A program made the position numbers and the translations under genes. A stretch of 63,480 bases of DNA, filler included, from Octopus bimaculoides (taxonomy: Eukaryota): NCBI RefSeq assembly GCF_001194135.2. It is 4 parts of 3 records of this genome, joined end to end, with 100 filler letters (N's around TTAATTAATTAA, not from the genome) between each part and the next. Parts side by side here need not be neighbours in the genome. Positions count along the whole stretch, not along the records: positions 1 to 31,520 come from NC_068982.1; 3 more parts are not named here. One strand, written 5' to 3'. Shown here in pieces: positions 1 to 12,559 of the stretch. The first letter of the stretch is position 1, and each line of letters opens with the position of its first letter. The notes under the pieces are model-generated. The model was not told the DNA's origin. It ran no database searches and worked only from the letters and a program-made list of their open reading frames with translations.

Positions 1-633
1 AAAAAATATCTATCTGAATAACTTTTGAGTGAAAACGTAACAAGACAAATTTACAGAAAATCCATCTGGAATATATATATATATAGAAGGGAAAAACAGA
101 AGATGTAAAAGCCCTTACGAACATAGAAAACGTAAACAATGTGTCCTATTTAGCAGCACATGGTATCACCATAATTTGAAAAGAAGTTTAAAATCTTCCA
201 CTGCCATGGTAATACCCATCTCTATTTGGAAAAACTAGATAAGTATCTTTGTGTTCTTTTTTTCTCTGTCGTTTATTGAAAGCTTATTATTATTAGGGAA
301 AAAGGTGTTTTCTGTTTTGCTTTTGACTTACGAGATTATTGATTATTGTAGAGAGGTTTAACTTTCATTATTCCTGATTTAAGAGAATTTCTGTAGTTAC
401 AGATATATAATTGTTTGTTCCTTTATTTATTTTTCCCTATCCAAGTCGAATCCTTTTCAAGTGTTTGCATAACTTCTCTCTCTCTTGCTCTCTTCTCCAT
501 CATACCGCCTTTTCCACTTTCTCTATTGCTTCTCGCTAAATACGTGGAGACACTCTCTCTATATCTCTTTACTTCATTCCATCATCCCATAATTATTCTC
601 TCAGACCCTTAATCTCTCTTCCACTGTTCTCTC

Positions 634-664
<31 letters not shown>

Positions 665-1639
665 AAATACATAGACACACACACTCTCTCTTTCTCTTTA
701 CTTTTCTCCATCGCACTGTCCTTCTCTCAGCCCCTCAAACTCCCTAAATACAGTATAAGTGTGTGTTTTGTGTGTGTATATATGTTTCCTCTCTTTCTCT
801 CGTTGCTCACCTATTTTCTACTTCCTTCCCTTGTTTCTCCCTCTACCACTCTCTCTCTCTCTACCTTACCCCTCACTAATTCTTTTCTTCCTTGGCTATC
901 GCCGAGCAAACACGCGAACTTACTTCGTCCCGCTTCCAGTTCGTTGCTTCACAGCGTTCATTATACACATAATTTTTCACGTCTGGGCGTATAGCCGTTT
1001 CCGTTTGTTTTCCTGTCTTGTTTTCTGTCCGCCACTACATTCCTCCATGGTACAAATTTAATTTGTGGTCCGTGGGAAGAGCCATTTTAACGATGCGTCC
1101 TGCCCTACTCTTCGAAACGCCTGTGTTAGATTGGGGGGTAGCTGATGAAGGAAAATGTTCTTTGTGTGGCCTGTGTGTTTTCTGTACTCTGGTTATTATT
1201 TTTTTGTCTACGNNNNNNNNNNNNNNNNNNNNNNNNNNNNNNNNNNNNNNNNNNNNNNNNNNNNNNNNNNNNNNNNNNNNNNNNNNNNNNNNNNNNNNNN
1301 NNNNNNNNNNNNAGGTAAAGAATACTGAGATGAAAGTTTAATCTATGACGGTGTATGTATCATTTTCTCTCTCTTTCCCTCTCCCTCTTTTACTCTTACT
1401 CTCTATATTTTTATGTCGAGCGCGTGTGTAAGAATGGCGTTCCAGGTAGAAGGGATGAAATATAAAAGTTGCGAGAAACGACAGTCAAATCTCCCTTAAA
1501 TCACACAAAGTAAACGGAATTTTAAAAATCTAATTACTGCACTGGAAAGTTCACATCGAGAAAATTCCATTGATGTAAAAATTTTTACGAAAAAGTGGAA
1601 TTCTATAAACATTCAAAAAGGATTCACACAGACACACAA

Positions 1640-2372
1640 CTTCAGATTTATATATTAAGATATAGCACGTAAAAACACCATTTTGAGTGTGGCTGTTTCC
1701 AGTACCGCATGAATGGCCCTCGTGCTGGTGGCATGTAAAAGCACCTACTACACTCTCTCTCGGAGTGGTTGGCGTTAGGAAGGGCATCCAGCTGTAGAAA
1801 CTCCGCCAGATCAGATTGGAACCTGGTGCAGCCATCCGGTTCACCAGTCCTCAGTCAAATCGTCCAACCCATGCCAGTATGGAAAGCAAACGTTAAACGA
1901 TGATGATGATATATATAAAGTGACCCAAATTCGATGACTGGCACCCGTGCCAGTGGAGCGCTAACAGCACCATCCGAGCGGGATCACTGCCAGAGCATTG
2001 GTCTCGCTTCCGTGCCGGTGGCACGTAAAATACACCATTTGAGCACAATCGTTTCCAGCTTTGCCTTACTGGCACGTGTGCCGGTGGCATGTGAACAAAA
2101 CATTGGATTGACTCCTGTGTAGGTGGCATGTAAAAAACACCATTTAAGCGTGGCCATTGCCAGTACCGCCGGACTGGCCCTTGCCAGTGGCACGTAAAAA
2201 GCACCACACTCTTGGAGTGGTTGGCGTTAGGAAGGGCATCCAGCTGTAGAAACTCTGCCAGATCAGATGTGAGCTGGTGTAGCCATCTGGTTCGCCAGTC
2301 CCCTGTCAAATCGTCCAATCCATGCTAGCATGGAAAGCGGACGTTAAATGATGATGATGATGATGATGATGA
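1640..2372 (+). mobile_element. Two tandem RTE-3'-end-derived repeats with (GAT)n tails
   Basis: Copies 1640-1910 and 1930-2372 end in ...ccatgctagcatggaaagcggacgttaaa(tga)n, the same 3' end as the RTE LINE at 10050-10150. Internal GTGCCGGTGGCAC subrepeats. Confidence 0.75.
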
Positions 2373-2859
2373 TAGTCTCCCTCCTACATGCATCTGGCTT
2401 ATTCCACCAACGTACATGCTTACATCATTCTCTTTATGCTTTCTTTCAAACATGCAAATATCTGATTCATGTATTTACACATCCTTCCTTTCAACTCGTT
2501 TTCATGGAGTCACATTTTAATCAATCTGCAACCTTTTTTCAATTAATCTTTTTTTTATTTTTTAAACGTTTTTAATTTTATAATTCTTTCTGTTTTGACT
2601 TGCTTTTTTCTAAATGTTTTTTACTTAACACATACAAGCATGCACACACACACACACACACACTAATCATATTGGAGTTGTTTGTTACTCTTACATTTGA
2701 AATACTTGAATAGGGAGTTTTATCTATCAATTGTATAGATGATCTCAGACGATAAAACATTTCTAATTCACTGTATTTGATATATGAGATTCTACTGTAT
2801 TAAAACTTTCTTTCTCATCTCATACACCCATATTTTTCCTCTATTACAGTCATCATCTT

Positions 2860-3380
2860 AATTGTCATTTAACGTTCGCTTTCCATGCTGGCATAGGTTG
2901 GACGGTTTTACTGAGAACTGGAAAGCTGGGAGGCTGTACCAGGCTGTAATCTGATTTGGTAAGGTTTCTACAGCCCTTCCTAACACCAACCACTCCAAGA
3001 GTGTAGTGGATGCTTTTACATGCCACCAGTACAGGAGCCAATCAGGCAGGACTTGGTAATGGCCACGTTTGAATATTGCTTTTTATGTGTCACTGGTACG
3101 GGTGCCAGTCAGGCGGCATGGGTGCCAGTTAGTCAGCGCTGGCATCAGTCACACTCAAATGGTGCTTACAGGTGATAGTCAGGTGGTATTGGTATTGGCC
3201 ATGCTCAATAGGGCTTTTTACATGGGTGTCAGTCAGGTGGCACTGTCACCAGCCTTGACTACAATTTCACTTTATTCAACAAGTCTTCCTAAGCACGACA
3301 TATTGCCCAAAAATTGAAGGGTGCTTTTTTAAACAGGCCAGTTATGTGATACTGGCATTGACCATGGCTGCGATCTCATT
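2860..3380 (-). mobile_element. Reverse copy of the same RTE-3'-end repeat
   Basis: Starts with tttaacgttcgctttccatgctggcataggttggac, the reverse complement of the family tail. Confidence 0.7.
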
Positions 3381-4974
3381 GTAATGAGTAATAATGTACA
3401 TTTTATAAAAAAAAAACTGACAGTTTATAAGAGTACAGCTACAGATGTTAAAATAATAGGGATATTATTGAGGACATCTAGTGATCACACTTCTCTAATA
3501 TATAGCCTTAAATTGCATCACAGCAGCAAACATTCTTTTCAGAACTTCATTCTCCAACAACTAACTCATTACGAAACTCACATTTAAGACAGTATTGCTA
3601 CTTTATATACAGATATCCAAGACTGCATCTAAAGGAAGGCTGATTAACTTATGGACATTAAGTTATTCAACTTCACATCCATCTTCTGGCACTTAGACAT
3701 TCCTCCTCTTGTTGCTTTTCTATTGCTACTACAGTGGCCTTTACTCCTTCAGCTAGGCATTTCCTCATCTCTCCTCTTCTCACCCTCAACGTGTTCTCCA
3801 TCCTAAGACTTCACAATAACAACTATGTTGGTCCTCTTGAATTCCTTTCACTGCAAATGTTTTTCCTGCTGTTATTGATTTATAACTGTTTGAGAAGATG
3901 ATGGACTGCATTGAACTCTCTTGTTTCAGAGAGCTTGTAAAGGCTATGGGTATAGCCTCTTTCTCCTGGTCAGGCAAATAAAAAAGTAAAACAATGACAA
4001 ATACTCTTAATATTCCCTAACCCAGTTATTTTATATGTAAATAGATACCTTATGTAGTTATAACTCATAAGATTTCATATACTAAATTTTTCTTAAGGGC
4101 TTATCCATGATAGAACCCCTCTCAGCAGAATAATCCTTGCTTAATGAATTTTAAACCATCACATGAACCTTGTTTAAAAAATTTCATCAACTGTCGAACT
4201 ATAATTGTTTTTGCCAAATTCCATTGACCATCTCTTCAAAATATATTCAATGTAAATGAATCATTTGAAAGTATACTTACAAATCATTTTGAAAAAAGTA
4301 TCGAATCAGAAGCTTACACAAAAGTGGAAATAAAGAAAGAGAATATTGAATCATTTAATGTGTTATTGGTAATTATTTTATCAAAAATTCTGTTTCTCTT
4401 AAGTGATGGATTTTCATCACATATTGAGTTATTGGTGGAAGGATATGTAGTAGGTCTACACATTGATTTAAACTCAGGACTTGCTTATAAACAACAGGAG
4501 TTTAGACAAATTATGTAATGATGTTACAAAAATTTGTCCACTAAAATTATATGTAAACAATCTCCTAGATTTTTGAGAGATGTCACTACAGATCACTCTA
4601 AATCAGAGTTGTTCTGGAGTGTATTAGCGGAGATCAGCTTTACTGAAACAGACAGTGTGAAAGTCAGGAGCTTTGCAATATGAATAGCAAATCATAATGA
4701 CAAGCACATGCTTTTATTCCTCAGAGTTTCCACAGTTGCAACTGTCAGAATGCTGAACTGTAAAAAGAACTGCCTTCAACAACATAGAACACTCACCACT
4801 TGCAGAGAAATATTCTTGTTTCTCTCATGACACATATATACTTCTAAAATGAATAAAACTTTCTGTTGTTACTCTGTTATATCTGGTTACTCTGTGATGT
4901 CTGATACAAGTTAATAATAAACAAATGATGAATCAAAAATTAATGGTTACTCTTCACAGTCATCCAAGTTTCTA

Positions 4975-4980
4975 TTTATT
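4975..4980 (-). terminator. Candidate polyadenylation signal (AATAAA) of the methyltransferase gene
   Basis: tttatt on plus at 4975-4980, about 420 nt after the stop; another at 4713-4718. AT-rich context, so chance matches are likely. Confidence 0.3.
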
Positions 4981-5395
4981 CCATTCATCTTACTGTTAAA
5001 AATGTACACAGGACATAGATAACAGACAACATGTTTTACAGTACTTATTTTAATACTTTGTCTTGCTTGAGAAAACTTTAGTGCATGAAATAAGTATCAA
5101 TAAAACACAACTGCCAAATCAATTCATAACACTTAGTCAATAGACAATATTAATAAAATGGTAATGAAAATATAAAGTTGTTACAGATGATTTGTGTCTG
5201 TATTTTAATCCATTATTTGCTCTGTATATCCACTCAAAAGTTTTAACATTTCATACCTCTTTACAAAATTGTTATTAGTTTTACAATTAATATATCAGAT
5301 CAGATCAACTTGATGAAAAGCTGAAAAAAATTTATACTTATTTTCTAAATTTGAAAAACAGAGTATAACAACATTCCTTAATTTAAATGCATTAC

Positions 5396-5832
5396 TCATT
5401 CCTGTTTATTTCCAGTATAAGCTGTAATAATTTGATACGGCTTAATTCCATATTTTCCATGACTGATTTTAATATTTTCAAACTTACTTTGTTGGAGTGC
5501 ATTCAAATACTTTTGAATATCTGCGTCACCATATCGTAAAATACCTATAGTTTTCATATATTTAAGGTATCTTTGATTAAGTATTGTAACCATAAAACAG
5601 CCAGGTTTTAAAACGCGATATAACTCTTGAGCACTTTTATTAAGATCTGGCCAAAAATAGAAAGTGTTGCAGTGAAAAAGTCGATCAAAAGAATTTGATT
5701 CAAATGGCATTTCCATAACATTCCCTAGATGTAGTTCCACTTGTTTTTTGACGATGCCTTCACTCAGTATTTTGGTAGCCTCTTCTAGAATGTAAGGTGA
5801 AAGATCCAATCCAACTACTTTTCCATTACCAT
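5396..5832 (-). CDS. Class I SAM-dependent methyltransferase, coding exon 3 (NGNGKVVGLDLSPY...MPFESNSFDRLFHCNTFYFW...LYRVLKPG...NKQE*)
   Basis: Acceptor ctttttag| (5834-5833); phase 1 completes AAT (Asn) with exon 2. Post-I motif VVGLDLS, motif II GNVMEMPFESNSFD and motif III LYRVLKPG are present; TGA at 5398-5396. Confidence 0.92.
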
Positions 5833-6419
5833 CTAAAAAGCAAACATAGACATCTTAAGAAAATTTTAAGCTAATTTAGTAACCATCAATTTAGATAAAA
5901 ATTGATAAAATTTCAATTTATAGCTGTAATAAACACCACAAATCACTAAATTTTGTGAAGAATCAATTATCAATATAACATTTTGTTAATGAATGAATTG
6001 GTTTGATATTTAAAATACCTCTTTTTATTAACAAATTATTACCTAAAACTAATAGAAAATATTCACTAAAGGTTAGCTGAATGTCAAGCATTGATAATGG
6101 AAAGTTTAAATGGCACACATGAAATATAAAGAAACAAAGGATATTAATTATGAAGTACAATGACACTTCACTACGTATTCTATATAGGTGCTGAAAAGGT
6201 TGCATGGATAGCAAGTTTACTTCACAACCAGAGGGTTTCCAATCCATTTCTGCAGTGTGGTTGTGTGACACCAATGCTTTGTGAGTGAAACTGGTTGATT
6301 GAAATTGTACAGAATTTCACCTTACAATTATAAGTGTCTTCCTTGAGTTAACCTACACCTTGTGAGTGAATTTGGTAGATGGAAACATATTATATAATAT
6401 TTAGATTAGTGCTTCATCA

Positions 6420-6912
6420 TGGGTTAGCTACCCGATGGACAGAAAGACCGATTTTATTTATGACACCCTCTTGCAGACTACCTCTTTGACGAATGACAGG
6501 GACCTTCTCTTTGTGGCTGCTGACTTCAATGGACATGTTGGACAACACACAGGAGGATTCCATGGTGTACATGGAGGCTACAGTTTTGGTTCCCGCAATG
6601 AGGAGGGAATTAGGTGGCTGGACGTTTCTACAGGACAACCTGCTGAGGGCCACTGACCAGATCTGTGGATGGTGCAAAGTCCCCTCTCGACCCAAAATAA
6701 CGTCGTGGTGGAACAATGTTGTTGACAGGGTTATTAGAGAAAAGAAGCAGGCTTGGAAGGACTTGAAGAATGGTGGTAGCAGGGAATTGTATCAGACTGC
6801 CACAAGGGAAGCTAGGAGACAGGTTTACTTAGCCAGAGGGGAAGCAGATAAGAAAAAATTTGCCAATGTTCTGTGCCGTGAGGATCAAAGACTTGAGGTG
6901 TTTCATGTTACT
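6420..6912 (+). mobile_element. RTE-clade LINE fragment (AP endonuclease piece fused to linker region by an internal deletion)
   Basis: AADFNGHVGQHTGGFHGVHGGYSFGSRNEEG (RTE APE motif), then WWNNVVDRVIREKKQAWKDLKNGGSRELYQTA. Confidence 0.8.
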
Positions 6913-6959
6913 AGTGGCTCGTGTTTCTAGGATCCATGTGTGAGAAACTCTATCAAAAG

Positions 6960-7860
6960 CCTTTCAGTAATAGATCCAGACCAAACTTAGACCTTTGTTC
7001 TTTCTGCAGCTGTCTTCAGTTACGGCTTTATTGAGCATTAGTTGATCTTTACAGCTGTATGAACCCTTGCAGTATCCCTTCTGCTCTTCTGGTAACAGGT
7101 TGGTTTCTTCCAGATGCTTGCTCATTCTCTGCAATATTATTGCAGTAAATGCTTTGTAAATTGTAGGGAGATAAGTTATTGGTCTGTAATTTTGTGGGTT
7201 TACTGTTTCAGTGGATTTGGGAATTAGGATAGTTTTTCATTTTGTGAGCCATTCAGGCATTGTCTCTGGCTCTGCTAGTATGTTATTAAATTTCTCATCT
7301 TGCTTTTTGTGTGTTCCAATCAGATATTTTAATCAGACGTTGGGGATCTTATCATGCCTGGGTGCCTTCCAGTTGCTTAGTTTTTGCAGTGCCTGGGTTC
7401 CTCTTCAGTTGTTAAAGGGGTCCAGAGTTGTTCAGATGCTGAGTTCATTGTTTTGATAGACCTTTTCTGAGATTGTTCCTTCACCAACCATATTTCTTTC
7501 CAAAATTCTTTCACTTCTTCTGCTGCTGGTGCTGCATTGATGTCTATTTTATTTTTGCTAAGTTCTTGGTAGAATCTTTTGGGGTTGGAGTTAAAGAAAT
7601 GTTGGCGTTTCTCATACTTTGTGCTTTGGTGATCTTGCTTTAGCCGTTCTTTTATCTCAGGTATACCTTTTTCTGTAATTTTGTATTTACGCAGTATTTT
7701 TGTTCTCTTCTTATCTACTAGTTTCGTTAAGGATTGACAGATCTTTTCTCTTGTTTCCTATTTTTTTCTGGTTATTATTTATCCACAAGGTTTGTTTGGG
7801 TGGTAGTACTCCTGTTTGGTGTGTTTGAGGGAGTATCCAGCTTTTTTTGTGGCCACAGTG
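6960..7860 (-). mobile_element. Dong/R4-like LINE fragment (region preceding the RT), degraded
   Basis: Minus strand reads ALQKLSNWKAPRHDKIPNV*LKYL, homologous to [20 protein letters not shown] at 16198. Confidence 0.6.
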
Positions 7861-7865
7861 GCTGC

Positions 7866-10150
7866 TGGAAGAATGGTGGTAGCAGGGAATTGTATCAGAC
7901 TGCCAGAAGGGAAGCTAGGAGACAGGTTTACTAAGCCAGATGGGAAGCAGATAAGAAAAAATTTGCCAATGTTCTGCGTCATGAGGACCAAAGACTTGAG
8001 GTATTTCGTGTTGCAAGACAGTGTGTGAGAGAGAATTGTGATGTTGTAGGAGAGAAATGTGTCTGCATGGATGATGGTTCACTTGCACTAACCGAAGCTG
8101 CAAAGAGAGAGGTTTGGAGATGCCACTATGAAAGGTTGCTCAATATAAAATGAATGGGAGAAAGAGAGTCTGCCAAATGTCAGCTATCCAAGTTGACAGT
8201 ACCTTGAAAGATAAAGCAATTAAGATTATGAAGACAGGGAAAGCCCCCGGTCCATCAGGAATCACTGCAGAGATGCTCAAAATATCTGGCAGCGTCGGCT
8301 ATAGCCTAGTCACCCGTATTGTTAACCAGGTGATACACGAAGGAGTCATACCCAATGACTGGTGTAGCAGCACCATAGTCAACTGCTACAAAGGTAAAGG
8401 TGATGCTTAAGACACAAACAATTACAGAGGTATCAAGTTGTTGGACCAGGCTTATGAAGGTCACTGAGAGGGTCAAAGCACAACTAATTAGGGAGAGAAT
8501 CAGTTTAGATAAGATGCAGTTTGGGTTCGTGCCAGGGAAAAACACTACTGATGCTATATTTCTGGTAAGACAACTGCAGGAGAAATACCTAGCCAAAGAT
8601 AAACCTCTGTACCTGGCTTTTGTTGACATGAAGAAAGCCTTTGACAGGGTCCCACGATCACTTATCTGGTGGTCAATGAGGAAACTAGGGATAGATGATT
8701 GGTTAGTGAGAGCTGTGCAAGCCATGTACAGGCATGTTGTCAGTAAGGTGAGGGTTGGTAATGAGTACAGTGAAGAATTCCGGGTAGAGGTAGGGGTCCA
8801 CCAAGGTTCAGTCCTCAGCCCCCTCCTATTTATCATAGTCCTCTAGGCAATAACAGAGAAATTCAAGACAGGATACCCCTGGGAGCTCCTCTATGCTGAT
8901 GACTTTGCTCTAATTGCTGAGTCACTATCAGAACTAGAGAAGTTTCAGGTGTAGAAGCAAGGACTAGAATCGAAGGGCCTTAGAGTCAATCTAGTAAAGT
9001 CCAAAGTCCTAATAAGTAGGAAGGCAGACAACCACAAATCCCTTCAAGTAGATGGCCCTGCTCGATCTGTAGAAAAGGCATAGGTAGAAACTCTATGAGA
9101 TGTACCTGTGTAAGCTATGGACACATAGGAGGTGCGGCAATATCAAAGGAAGGCTAACTAGGAAGTTAGTTTTTGTATGTGGCAGATGCTCAGGAGCAAT
9201 AAACATTGAAAATGTGCTGAGAACAACTTCCGCTACATTCCAGGGAGAAAAACTAGGAGTAGTTGATAGCTTCTGTTATCTAGGTGATCAAGTCAGTAGC
9301 GGGGGAGGGTGCACTGAAAGTGTAGCTGCTAGAATAAGAATAGCCTGGGCAAAGTTCAGAGAGCTCTTACCTCTGCTGGTGACAAAGGGCNNNNNNNNNN
9401 CTGGGCAAAGTTCAGAGAGCTCTTACCTCTGCTGGTGACAAAGGGCCTCTCCCTCTGAGTAAAAGGTAGACTGTATGACGCATGTGTATGAACAGCCATG
9501 CTAGATGACAGTGAAACATGGGCCGTGACTTCTGAAGACATGCGTAGGCTCGCAAGGGATGAAGCCAGTATGCTTCGATGGATGAGTAATGTCAGTGTGC
9601 ATACTTGACAGAGTGTAAGTGCCTTGAGAGAAAAGTTGAACCTAAGAAGCATCAGTTGTGGTGTGCAAGAGAGACGACTGCACTGGTATGGTCATGTAGC
9701 AAGAATGGATGAGGATAGGTGTGTGAAAAAGTGCCACACCCTAGCAGGTGAGGGAGCCTGTGGAAGAGGTAGACCCAGGAAGACCTGGGATGAGGTGCTG
9801 AAGCACGACCTTCGAACATTAGGTTTCACCGAGGCAATGACTAGTGACTGAGACCTTTGGAAATATGCAGTGCGTGAGAAGACCCGGCAAGCCAAGTGAG
9901 ACCATAACTCATGGCCCTATGCCAGGGGTGTAACCAGCCCACTTATGCGTACCTTTCTTTCATTGGGCACTCAACTCTGCTTGTGAAGACCTGTTGAGGC
10001 AAGTGAAATCGAAATCAAATCAAATTCGCAAATTCGATGACTGCCAGATCAGATTGAGCCTGATGCAGCCATCTGGTTCACCAGTCCTCAGTCAACTCAT
10101 CAAACCCATGCTAGCATGGAAAGTGGACGTTAAATGATGATGATGATGAT
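7866..10150 (+). mobile_element. 5'-truncated RTE-clade LINE with RT domain, 3'UTR and (GAT)n tail; inactive
   Basis: MKTGKAPGPSGITAEMLK, QFGFVPGKNTTDAIF, AFVDMKKAFDRVPR, HQGSVLSPLLFIIVL, LLYADD, RRLHWYGHVARMDEDR, GRGRPRKTW. Several stops and frameshifts. Confidence 0.92.
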
Positions 10151-10544
10151 ATATATATCTTGTCTGTTGAAAATTTATATTTCGTGTTCATGAAGACAGC
10201 ACTGTATATAAATTGATGTAATGATTACATTGTTCAATTAAATGGACCTAACGAGGAATGAAATTCTGATGAACATGTTTGAGGCATCAACACCCAAACA
10301 ATTTGAAACTATATGTTCTAGCAGAAAAGAACAGAAACACTGGAATTGAACCCTAAGCATAAGAGATATTAAAATTTGGAGCAGAGTTCAATTCTCAAGA
10401 GGGGAGAAGATAGGGGAAACTGATTCTAAAAAGGGGTGAACAACTGGCAGGTCGCGTTGGTAGCAGTTCACTGTCAGTCGTTGATACAGAGTGCTGAGTT
10501 TCGTGTAATAATTAGTAATAGTAGTGTGTCGTGTATATACTTTC

Positions 10545-11480
10545 TTCTCCACACATATATATATACATACACACATATATACATACACACATATATACAC
10601 ACACATATATATACACACGTATATACCCACACATATACACACACACTCATATATACATTGAGATATATATTCACACATATATATACACATACAAATCTAT
10701 ACACACACACATATATACACACATATATACGCACACACATATATACATATACACACATATATATATACACACATACATATATACACACATATACACACAC
10801 ATATACACACATATATATACACATATNNNNNNNNNNNNNNNNNNNNNNNNNNNNNNNNNNNNNNNNNNNNNNNNNNNNNNNNNNNNNNNNNNNNNNNNNN
10901 NNNNNNNNNNNNNNNNNNNNNNNNNNNNNNNNNNNNNNNNNNNNNNNNNNNNNNNNNNNNNNNNNNNNNNNNNNNNNNNNNNNNNNNNNNNNNNNNNNNN
11001 NNNNNNNNNNNNNNNNNNNNNNNNNNNNNNNNNNNNNNNNNNNNNNNNNNNNNNNNNNNNNNNNNNNNNNNNNNNNNNNNNNNNNNNNNNNNNNNNNNNN
11101 NNNNNNNNNNNNNNNNNNNNNNNNNNNNNNNNNNNNNNNNNNNNNNNNNNNNNNNNNNNNNNNNNNNNNNNNNNATGTATATATATACACACACACACAT
11201 AAACATATGTATACACACACACACTTATATTCCATTTATAATTGTAGATGGGTGTGAAAGTGAAATTTTACTGTATATTTTTCAGTTGCAATGCTCCTAC
11301 CTAGGCAGTTTTCTTAGTGGCAATTTTCCCACATGGACAATGTTCCTAGTGGAAATTATCCCAGTGGAAATTTTCCCAATACATACATACATACATACAT
11401 ACATACCGTGCATTAGCACGGTATGTATGTATGTATGTATGTATGTATGTATGTATGTATGTATGTATGTACATACAGAC
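10545..11480. repeat. Degenerate (AT/AC)n and (ATAC)n/(GTAT)n microsatellites around a gap
   Basis: Directly visible; source of the spurious YIHT/CVYI ORFs. Confidence 0.95.
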
Positions 11481-11699
11481 ATACACAAAACAGGCTTTGT
11501 ATAGTTTCTGTCCATCAAATTCACTCACAAGGCAGTATAGAAGATATATAGACTATATATAGAAGACACTTGCTCAAGGTGTAAAGTAGTGAGAATGAAC
11601 TTGAAACCACATAGTTGAGAAACAAACGACTGAAGGTATTTGATTCATTGTTCAAGATAAAAACAATAATAATAAAAATAATTTTAAAAATTCATAATC

Positions 11700-12527
11700 A
11701 AAGCTTATTGGCCTGGAACCATGTCAATGCGATGAAAAATGGAGTTGACCCAAAGTGCCAATTCTGCAATGATGAGATTGAAGCAATGGACCACATAATC
11801 ACTGGATGTAAAGTTTTTGCACCAGTGGAATATAAATCAAGATATGACAGAGTTGGCCAATATCTAGACTGGTTAATATGCCAGCATTATAAAATCAAAA
11901 CTGCTGACAAATGATATAAGCACTACCCTGAGGCCATAACTGAGGGAGAAACTGTAACAATTCTTGGGGACTTTTAGTACAAACAGACAGAACCATCAAA
12001 ACCAATATTGTTGTGAAAGACCAAAACAATAAAGTCTGTTTATTGATCAACATCAGCATTCTCTGTGATCATAAGATCTCGGCAAAAGAATTTAAAAACC
12101 TCAGAAAATTTAAAGATTTGTTCATTGAAATTGAAAAAATGTGGCCTCTCAAAGTGGTTATGATACCAGTGATTGTAGAACTTGGAATGATCAAAAAAAG
12201 AAACTGAAAATTATTTGAAAATGACCCCTGGTTTACCATCGATGCAAGAAATGCAAAAGATTGTTTTAACTGGTACATCACATGTATTGAGAAGAGCATT
12301 GTCGCTGTGAATTCTTTCTTTATTCTTTTTTTTCTGTCTTCTTTTGTTTTCTTTTTTCTATCTTTCTTTTTTCCTTTGTTTTCTCCTTTTTTTCTGTTAC
12401 CTGGCTTTGTAAATGAACAATCTGGGGGTGTTTGTTTTAATGGCTATCAATGTATACAGTGATTTGCTTTGCCCAAGGTGTTGTAAATACACTTGGCAAG
12501 AAATGGAAAAAAATTTCAAAGAAAAAC
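11700..12527 (+). mobile_element. Dong/R4-like LINE 3' fragment (CCHC knuckle plus restriction-like endonuclease)
   Basis: KCQFCNDEIEAMDHIITGC...EYKSRYDRVGQYLDW, then KFKDLFIEIEKMWPLKVVMIPV. AAT-rich sequence on both sides. Confidence 0.8.
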
Positions 12528-12559
12528 TAATAATAATAATAATAACAACTACAATAATA

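Noticed and set aside
1095-1170. Hammerhead-like halves TTCGAAACGC...CTGATGAAGG
   Set aside because: Helices I and II cannot be formed convincingly; at most a decayed repeat terminus.
9345-9446. Exact direct repeats across 10-N gaps (also about 17270-17400)
   Set aside because: Unmerged contig overlaps; the apparent tandem duplications are assembly artefacts.
10388-11257. Long ORFs rich in YIHT/CVYM, poly-N/L/D/K, HTHT (also 14041-14757, 33567-34290, 42161-42611, 44775-45611, 47229-48354, 52786-54822, 61477-62213)
   Set aside because: Translations of microsatellites and N gaps. Only the first 36 aa of 14041-14766 (-) are real (exon 2).
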